Positions 8,101 to 12,513 of a stretch of DNA of 12,513 nt are shown here, piece by piece. This stretch comes from Flavobacteriales bacterium (GTDB taxonomy: Bacteria > Bacteroidota > Bacteroidia > Palsa-965), in contig JBEIPA010000053.1 in assembly GCA_040377305.1 (NCBI GenBank), positions 1 to 12,513 of the forward strand, in the 5' to 3' direction. Every line of letters starts with the position of its first letter. Positions within the stretch are counted from its first letter, which is position 1. The notes beneath the pieces were generated by a model, which was not told the DNA's origin, ran no database searches, and saw only the letters and a list, made by a program, of their open reading frames with translations. Made by a program: the position numbers and the translations under genes.

Positions 8101-8883
8101 TGAATGGCCATCGTAATAGATGACACCATGTTGCTCTGTACCAAACCAGATGCCTGTTTCCCCCTCTGCTGTAGTTTTATCTTCCAGCATACTCAAGACT
8201 ACATTGTCGCTGAATCCTTCGCTCTCTGAAAATGTGGTAAACAACTTTCCATCATAACGACACACTCCTCCTCCATACGTACCAAACCAGATGTTGCCTG
8301 CCTTATCCTGAAGCATGCACAGAACTGTATTGCTAGTCAGTCCCTGTCTTGTCGTAAAACTGGTAAACGATTTTCCGTCGTACTTACACACACCACCTCC
8401 GCCGGTTCCGAACCAGATACATCCCGTTCGGTCCTGCAACATGGAACGGATTGTATTCTGCTTTAATCCCTGAAGTGTTTTGTAGATGGAAAAATTACCC
8501 GGGTTATTATCTTTCGAAGCACCATCTTTTGCCAGTGTAACTTCAGGAATTCCAGCCGGTACTGTTTTCCCTTTTGCAGGGACAGACTTCGGTAACAAAA
8601 ATTCCTGCGTGCCGGGAGTGTTTACTTTCGGTGCACCTGCAACAACCGTCCGGTGCTCATCCGCAACGTGCACGTTCTGGTTCGTGTTGTGTACTACTGC
8701 CTCACCTGCAGTAGTAGGTTGAGGTGATGGAAAAGTCATCGTACGCGGTTGCTGAATACTATCGGGTACGAAACCGATTGCTTCCACCACTTTAATCCGA
8801 TGCTGACTTGTTGTGGGTTTAGCAGGCTCAGTGCACCCGGCAGCCCAATAAAGCAGCGGAAGACAGAAAAGGACTTTGTTCAT
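5125..8883 (-). CDS. Membrane sensor phosphatase: two-component-regulator propeller repeats + Y_Y_Y domain + TM + coiled coil + SpoIIE/RsbU-type PP2C domain
   Basis: 1252 aa. 14 GxxWFGT-type repeats; YQYKLEGFDPDW..YGNLPSGSYTFVVKA (Y_Y_Y); PPWWQTWWFR followed by a TM helix; VEERTAEV coiled coil; PP2C motifs SGDFYW, ADSTGHGVPGA, DGMD, FTDGMPDQFGG and IDDVCVIG. Confidence 0.95.
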   Translation of the reverse strand: MNKVLFCLPLLYWAAGCTEPAKPTTSQHRIKVVEAIGFVPDSIQQPRTMTFPSPQPTTAGEAVVHNTNQNVHVADEHRTVVAGAPKVNTPGTQEFLLPKSVPAKGKTVPAGIPEVTLAKDGASKDNNPGNFSIYKTLQGLKQNTIRSMLQDRTGCIWFGTGGGGVCKYDGKSFTSFTTRQGLTSNTVLCMLQDKAGNIWFGTYGGGVCRYDGKLFTTFSESEGFSDNVVLSMLEDKTTAEGETGIWFGTEQHGVIYYDGHSFTGYAQSEGMSSDGIHSMCQDKAGNLWCATNGSGVSCFDGKSFTHFTEEQGLLNNVVYSVLEDNAGNMWFGTNGGACRYATNKEFTCFSQNEGLVHSVIVTMMEEKNTPAGVQRIWFGTNGGVSRYEVSANDSAREVKTFTNFTDREGLSHNTVLSLFEDKTGNLWIGTNGGGVSRYDGKAFSTFTQNEGLSSNVIYGIAEDKSGNLWFGTDRTGVCRYDGYTFSNFSEESGLYSVSEIIEDRSGILWFDNEGQVCRYDADEPNGKSFTWFGEKEGFSTTNLSMIEDRAGNIWFGGNGGGVTRYNASTSGSGFHSMTYFDKTQGLVNEFVYCIREDRDGNFWFGTQGGVSRYNPNDTSGKAFTNFTAKEGLTDGAVLSMLVDNDGNIWFGTNSDGVCRYDGKYFTHFTEKEGLSNNAVLNIMQDAEGNIWFGTRKGLSKLSKNKLLRLSGTDLTQPGNNFDPVKEALFYNYGYNDGFLGLNCRKNSVLQDSKGRIWWGTDVLTCYDPNGDITDTTAPVVNLTSVNLFSEAIAWSQLNAVVTDSTGEEVVIGTINDTLLSNGILLKDIQFDGLTRWNNLPEHLSLPYNNNNLTFNFIGVHMQSRNHIRYQYKLEGFDPDWSSITERTEAPYGNLPSGSYTFVVKAMNQSGVWSEPVEFAFVVRPPWWQTWWFRTGVVVFILAGIWLYIKRRERNLRIEKEILEQTVEERTAEVVAEKKIVEQKNVLVEAQKNEIEEKHREITDSINYAERIQRSFMATKELLDENLKDYFVFFQPKDVVSGDFYWASKVENSNGVQFLLATADSTGHGVPGAIMSLLNISSLEKSIMTETEPAAILNSTRSIIIDRLKKDGSREGGRDGMDCSLISFNFEGRTLTYAAANNPVWILRNGKLLEYSPDKMPVGKHNNDTVLFTQHTVALEKGDVVYTFTDGMPDQFGGPKGKKFMYKQLKELLISIANEPMIQQKQQLKSVFDDWKGGLEQIDDVCVIGVRIG
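6600..8470 (-). repeat. Intragenic degenerate tandem repeats encoding 14 beta-propeller blades (boundaries approximate)
   Basis: Recurrent ~44-aa unit GL..N.V..M.EDK.GNIWFGT.GG.V.RYDG..FT.F, visible in the DNA as recurring CC(G/A)AACCA(G/C/T)A on the + strand. Confidence 0.85.
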
Positions 8884-9083
8884 ACGGTGAAAGGGGTAGA
8901 ATGACGGGAGGCAAAATACTACTTAATTAGAGATGAATGCCTTGCTCTTGATTCCCTGTTCTTTGCTGTGTGGTGTTCATTCGGAGGAACTGATCACGCA
9001 AATATTACGATCTTCATTCACCCGTTTACCTGTGGGGTATTCCGGAGGATTGAAGTTTGCAAAAAATGCGTTATAAATAATTC

Positions 9084-10106
9084 ATGGATTCGGTATCACA
9101 CATCATTATTGGGGCTGCAATCGGAGAAACTCTCCTGGGGAAAAAAATCGGTCGCTGGGGAATGTTGTTAGGAGCCATTGCGAAAAGTGCACCTGATTTT
9201 GATTTGTTTTACACCGGGCTAAGCGATCCGCGTGCTTATATGTGCGAACACAGAGCGCATACACATTCCTTATTTATTGAGGCACTGTATGCAATACCCA
9301 TAGCCTGGCTGCTGGTTAAACTTTTCAGGGACAAAGTTTCTTTTGGGCGCATGTTAGTATTTATGCTGGCTTGCTTATGGGGTCATTCGCTTCTTGATTG
9401 GTGTACAAATTTTGGAACGCAATTGTTACTTCCGTTCACCAATGAAAATTACTCATTGAACACACTGGCAATTGTTGATCTGTTATTTACGTTGCCGATG
9501 TTGATAATGATTTTGATTGCTGTTTTTCACAAGAAGAATGCGGTGCGAAGGAGCAGACTAGCGCGAGCCTCAATAATTTATTGCTTCGTTTACCTCGGAT
9601 TTACTTTTGTTAATAAAGCCCAGGCCGAACAAATTGCTCAGGAGTCGATCGCGGAGAATAAGATTCCGATAACTGACCACATGACAAATCCAACGATGCT
9701 TAACAATGTGTTATGGTATGCTGTTGGTAGTAATGACAGTACCCTTTTCATTGGGGAATTTAGTTTGCTCCACCGCGATAATCCGATTACATGGCACAGC
9801 TATCCGCGCAATCTGCATTTAATGGAACAATCTAAAAGCCAGAAGGACGTAGCGATACTTCAATGGTTCAGCGACCCTTATACAATTGCACAATCGAATG
9901 GTGATACGCTGAATGTGTATGGTGTAAAATTTGGCAGGACAAACATGCAGGAGAACGAATTGGAAAAAACATTCATTTTTCATTACAAACTATATCAGGA
10001 AAACGGCGAAGAAAAGATGGGAATGCATCAAGCCAATGCAGAAAATACCAATTTCAAAGAAGGCTTTGTTGATTTGTGGGAGAGAATCCGTGGAAGGAGA
10101 TATTAA
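9084..10106 (+). CDS. YdjM-family membrane-bound metal-dependent hydrolase (long form)
   Basis: 340 aa. MDSVSH, PDFD, HRAHTHSL and HSLLD..T.FGTQLLLPF motifs, several TM helices, and a soluble C-terminal domain. Confidence 0.9.
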   Translation: MDSVSHIIIGAAIGETLLGKKIGRWGMLLGAIAKSAPDFDLFYTGLSDPRAYMCEHRAHTHSLFIEALYAIPIAWLLVKLFRDKVSFGRMLVFMLACLWGHSLLDWCTNFGTQLLLPFTNENYSLNTLAIVDLLFTLPMLIMILIAVFHKKNAVRRSRLARASIIYCFVYLGFTFVNKAQAEQIAQESIAENKIPITDHMTNPTMLNNVLWYAVGSNDSTLFIGEFSLLHRDNPITWHSYPRNLHLMEQSKSQKDVAILQWFSDPYTIAQSNGDTLNVYGVKFGRTNMQENELEKTFIFHYKLYQENGEEKMGMHQANAENTNFKEGFVDLWERIRGRRY

Positions 10107-10205
10107 TTTCAGGTGGCCGGAAAATGGATCGGCGCGAGAATTCTGGTACTGATTGCGTTATTCCGGGTTATATGTAATATCTTTTCAGCAAGTAATTCTC
10201 TTCGC

Positions 10206-10901
10206 ATGAAGACTCGTCTGCTTTTGCTTCTACTCTTTTTGCAGTGCATCGTCGCAGTTCCAACTGCAGCTCAAACATTTGATTTTGAAGCCGGGTTTAG
10301 TGGCCGATATCAGCGCATGAATGGTATCGCTGTTCCACTATACGAGCATTTTGTGAGTGCAAAAAACAGCCAGCCTTCAGACGCTTTGGGTGGGCAGGTC
10401 GATATCAGGTTCAGCTTGCACCTCCAACGTTTTTCACTCAGTGCGGGAATTGGTGTCGGGCGCAAATATTTCAATGAAACAACGGTACGATATGCACTAT
10501 ATCAGTCACCTGGAGGGAATACTTATGGTGGGAATATCGATAACGGACTGGTCGGCCATTACTGGTATCGTAACATTAACATCAGTGGCGGTTATCGTTT
10601 TCTGGAAGCCGGCATCTTCAGCACCACCATCGAAGCCGGCTTATTCCGTACATCAGTTACCGGTGTCAATGCTCATCTCCGCGGTAATTCCGGTCACATC
10701 TTGGATGTTCTGCCGATGCATAGTTTGGGTTTGACTGTTGGCTTCGCTATGTACTGGGATTTGAAAATCTTCACTATCGTGGTTCGTCCTCTGGGTTCCT
10801 GGCTCTACTGGCAAAATCGTAATACGTATGAGCCATTCGGAGTTACATTGACTGCTGGAGTTTCCATCCCACTAAGAAAATTTGTGAAGCCAAATGAATA
10901 A
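10206..10901 (+). CDS. Exported hypothetical protein, probable outer-membrane beta-barrel
   Basis: Likely start is ATG 10206 (MKTRLLLLLLFLQCIVAVPTAA|Q) rather than GTG 10113. Amphipathic Gly/aromatic-rich strands include FSLSAGIGVG, INISGGYRF, LGLTVGFAMY and the near-terminal GVTLTAGVSIPL. Confidence 0.7.
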   Translation: MKTRLLLLLLFLQCIVAVPTAAQTFDFEAGFSGRYQRMNGIAVPLYEHFVSAKNSQPSDALGGQVDIRFSLHLQRFSLSAGIGVGRKYFNETTVRYALYQSPGGNTYGGNIDNGLVGHYWYRNINISGGYRFLEAGIFSTTIEAGLFRTSVTGVNAHLRGNSGHILDVLPMHSLGLTVGFAMYWDLKIFTIVVRPLGSWLYWQNRNTYEPFGVTLTAGVSIPLRKFVKPNE

Positions 10902-10951
10902 GCCTTTATCTGTTGACAAACTGGATTTACTGGCAGAGTTACAATTTGAAT

Positions 10952-10985
10952 AAAGCAAAAAGACAGACCAAAGTGGTCTGTCTTT
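10952..10985 (-). terminator. Intrinsic terminator downstream of tRNA-Leu, possibly bidirectional
   Basis: Perfect 12-bp IR AAAGACAGACCA (10959-10970) / TGGTCTGTCTTT (10974-10985). The minus strand ends in TTTTTGCTTT and the plus strand in TTTCATTT. Confidence 0.85.
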
Positions 10986-10992
10986 CATTTCG

Positions 10993-11076
10993 TACCCAGA
11001 GCCGGAGTCGAACCGGCATGCCGTTGAAGGCACAGGTGTTTGAGACCAGCGCGTCTACCGATTCCGCCATCTGGGC
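10993..11076 (-). tRNA. tRNA-Leu (anticodon CAA), 84 nt, long variable arm, CCA not encoded
   Basis: Minus strand reads GCCCAGA TGGCGGAATCGGTAGACGCG CTGGT CTCAAAC ACCTG TGCCTTCAACGGCAT GCCGG TTCGACT CCGGC TCTGGGT A. Anticodon CAA is at 11042-11040. The discriminator A is followed by CGA. Confidence 0.96.
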
Positions 11077-11160
11077 ATTGACAATAATCACATCGGTAGA
11101 GTGATCATCCCTCTTATAACTGCTCCGGAGAACTACCGTAAAGCAATTGAATTCGGGATG

Positions 11161-11168
11161 CGAAAATA
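11161..11168 (-). promoter_or_regulatory. Possible -7 promoter element for tRNA-Leu
   Basis: Minus strand TATTTTCG, one mismatch to TAnnTTTG, about 85 nt upstream of the mature tRNA 5' end. Confidence 0.35.
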
Positions 11169-11415
11169 CCTAATACTCCCGTCGGTACCAAATTTTAGTG
11201 AAGTATAGCCACTAAAAGCATGACCGTGGCCGATAGGAAAAGTGTCGGGCAAGTCATTGAACGATGTGATTGCTCCGCGTTTCTTCTATGCTCAACGCTA
11301 TTTCCCGTGTGGTTATTTCCATCCCGATTGGGGACGAACCTACACGCGCGTCACTTACGTGAAAATGGTTTTCCCTGTACGATTGCACTGGTCTGCTTTT
11401 GGTTATGGCTGGTCT

Positions 11416-12441
11416 ATGTCACCGATAGAACGAAAGAAAGAGGCCGATAGATCCAAGTTGGTTTACATTGAAGGCCAGCCTCCGGGAATTACCCGAAAGA
11501 AACACGGGAAGAGCTTTGTCTATTTCCTGCGCGGAAAGAAAATTCTAAACAGCAAAACCTTGTCGCGCATAAAAAGCCTCGTGCTTCCGCCGGCGTGGAC
11601 AAACGTGTGGATCTGTCCCAACGAAAAAGGTCACTTGCAGGCAACCGGTTACGATGCGGCTGGACGAAAGCAATATCGCTACCATGCACATTGGAGTGCT
11701 ACGAGAAACGAAACAAAGTTTCATCGTCTGAATGAATTCGGGAACGCACTCACGAACATTCGCGCACGAATGAACAAGGACATGTCACTTCCCGGGCTTC
11801 CTTTGAACAAAGTGCTTGCAACTGTACTTGCTTTAATGGACCTTACCGGAATTCGTATTGGTAACAACGAGTATGAAAAGCTATACGGTTCATACGGGTT
11901 AAGCACATTGAAAGACAAACACGTATGCCTTCGAGGGACACAGATCAAATTCCAATTCAAAGGGAAGAAAGGTGTTCATCATGCGATCACCGTGCAGAAT
12001 AAACGACTCGCGAAAATTGTAAAACAGTGCCGCGATATTCCGGGGAAAGAATTGTTTCAATATTATGACGAGTCCGGAAAACGTCAAACGATTGATTCAG
12101 GAATGGTAAACAATTACCTCCGGGAAATTGCCGGTGAGGAATTTACTTCGAAAGATTTCAGAACATGGAGCGGAACAATGCATGCGCTGGTTTCTTTGAA
12201 ATCGCTTGCAGAAAACAATTCATCTTTATCTACTCGCGAGAAAGTAAACACCGTTCTTGATGAAGTTGCTCAGCGACTCGGTAATACGCGCGCCGTTTGC
12301 AAAAAATATTATGTGCATCCGCTCCTGCTGCAAATGGCGGAGAATCAAGATGCGATCTGCTTCCCTGCAACAAAAAAATCCATTCACGGTCTCAAGAAAG
12401 ATGAACAGGTGCTATTAAAGCTGCTTCAGACTGCTGCGTGA
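11416..12441 (+). CDS. Bacterial type IB DNA topoisomerase (poxvirus-like)
   Basis: Likely start is ATG 11416 (341 aa) rather than GTG 11242. Motifs LPPAWTNVWICP, GHLQATGYDAAGRKQYRYH, GIRIGN (Arg), FKGKKG (Lys), SKDFRTW (Arg) and LGNTRAVCKKYYVHP (Asn and the Tyr nucleophile). Confidence 0.95.
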   Translation: MSPIERKKEADRSKLVYIEGQPPGITRKKHGKSFVYFLRGKKILNSKTLSRIKSLVLPPAWTNVWICPNEKGHLQATGYDAAGRKQYRYHAHWSATRNETKFHRLNEFGNALTNIRARMNKDMSLPGLPLNKVLATVLALMDLTGIRIGNNEYEKLYGSYGLSTLKDKHVCLRGTQIKFQFKGKKGVHHAITVQNKRLAKIVKQCRDIPGKELFQYYDESGKRQTIDSGMVNNYLREIAGEEFTSKDFRTWSGTMHALVSLKSLAENNSSLSTREKVNTVLDEVAQRLGNTRAVCKKYYVHPLLLQMAENQDAICFPATKKSIHGLKKDEQVLLKLLQTAA

Positions 12442-12513
12442 TCTCATGTTTCCAATGATTATTTACGGGAATTCCCCTGCTGCAAAAAACGGAACACTAT
12501 ATGCCTGTATAGG

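Noticed and set aside
6600-8470. Recurring CCGAACCAGAT-like motif as a CRISPR array or DGR template/variable repeat
   Set aside because: The repeats are degenerate, in frame and explained by WFGT propeller blades. There are no identical repeats with unique spacers, and no cas or reverse transcriptase gene.
5263-8722. Multiple 60-144 aa ORFs overlapping the sensor phosphatase
   Set aside because: Antisense or alternative-frame shadows of a long real gene, with no independent signals.
10913-11104. 63-aa ORF spanning the terminator and tRNA
   Set aside because: It is antisense to the tRNA and is a typical spurious call.
11077-11160. Second, degenerate tRNA in the tRNA-Leu leader
   Set aside because: Only a 6-bp CGGTAG/CTACCG pairing and a CTCCGGAG palindrome are present, with no T-loop or cloverleaf.
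11242-11415. 58-aa N-terminal extension of TopIB from GTG 11242
   Set aside because: It shows no resemblance to TopIB, whose typical start (..A..LVY....PGITR) follows ATG 11416.
10993-12441. tRNA-anchored genomic island with TopIB as integrase
   Set aside because: The protein has TopIB-specific motifs rather than integrase boxes, it lies on the 5' side of the tRNA, and I saw no duplicate of the tRNA 3' end in the window.

Overview
A 12.5 kb bacterial chromosomal segment, most likely Bacteroidota (inferred from a TAnnTTTG promoter motif, AT-rich leaders without clear Shine-Dalgarno sites, and the gene content). Left to right it contains: a structured intergenic stretch (1-178); a coupled minus-strand pair encoding a dCMP-deaminase-family protein and an S41/PDZ C-terminal protease; a secreted hypothetical protein with a TGGAHCC motif; a membrane-anchored atypical (pseudo-)receiver protein; a lipoprotein with a short collagen-like stretch and a strong terminator; a 1252-aa sensor with 14 propeller repeats, Y_Y_Y, a TM helix and a PP2C (SpoIIE-type) domain; a YdjM-family membrane hydrolase; a probable outer-membrane beta-barrel; tRNA-Leu(CAA) with its terminator; and a bacterial type IB DNA topoisomerase. 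I found no CRISPR array, integrase, transposase or att duplication. The best leads are the T-loop-capped hairpin element at the left edge, the degenerate receiver-TM protein, the possibly doubly anchored PP2C sensor and the HCC-motif protein. None of these can be called a new system from sequence alone.
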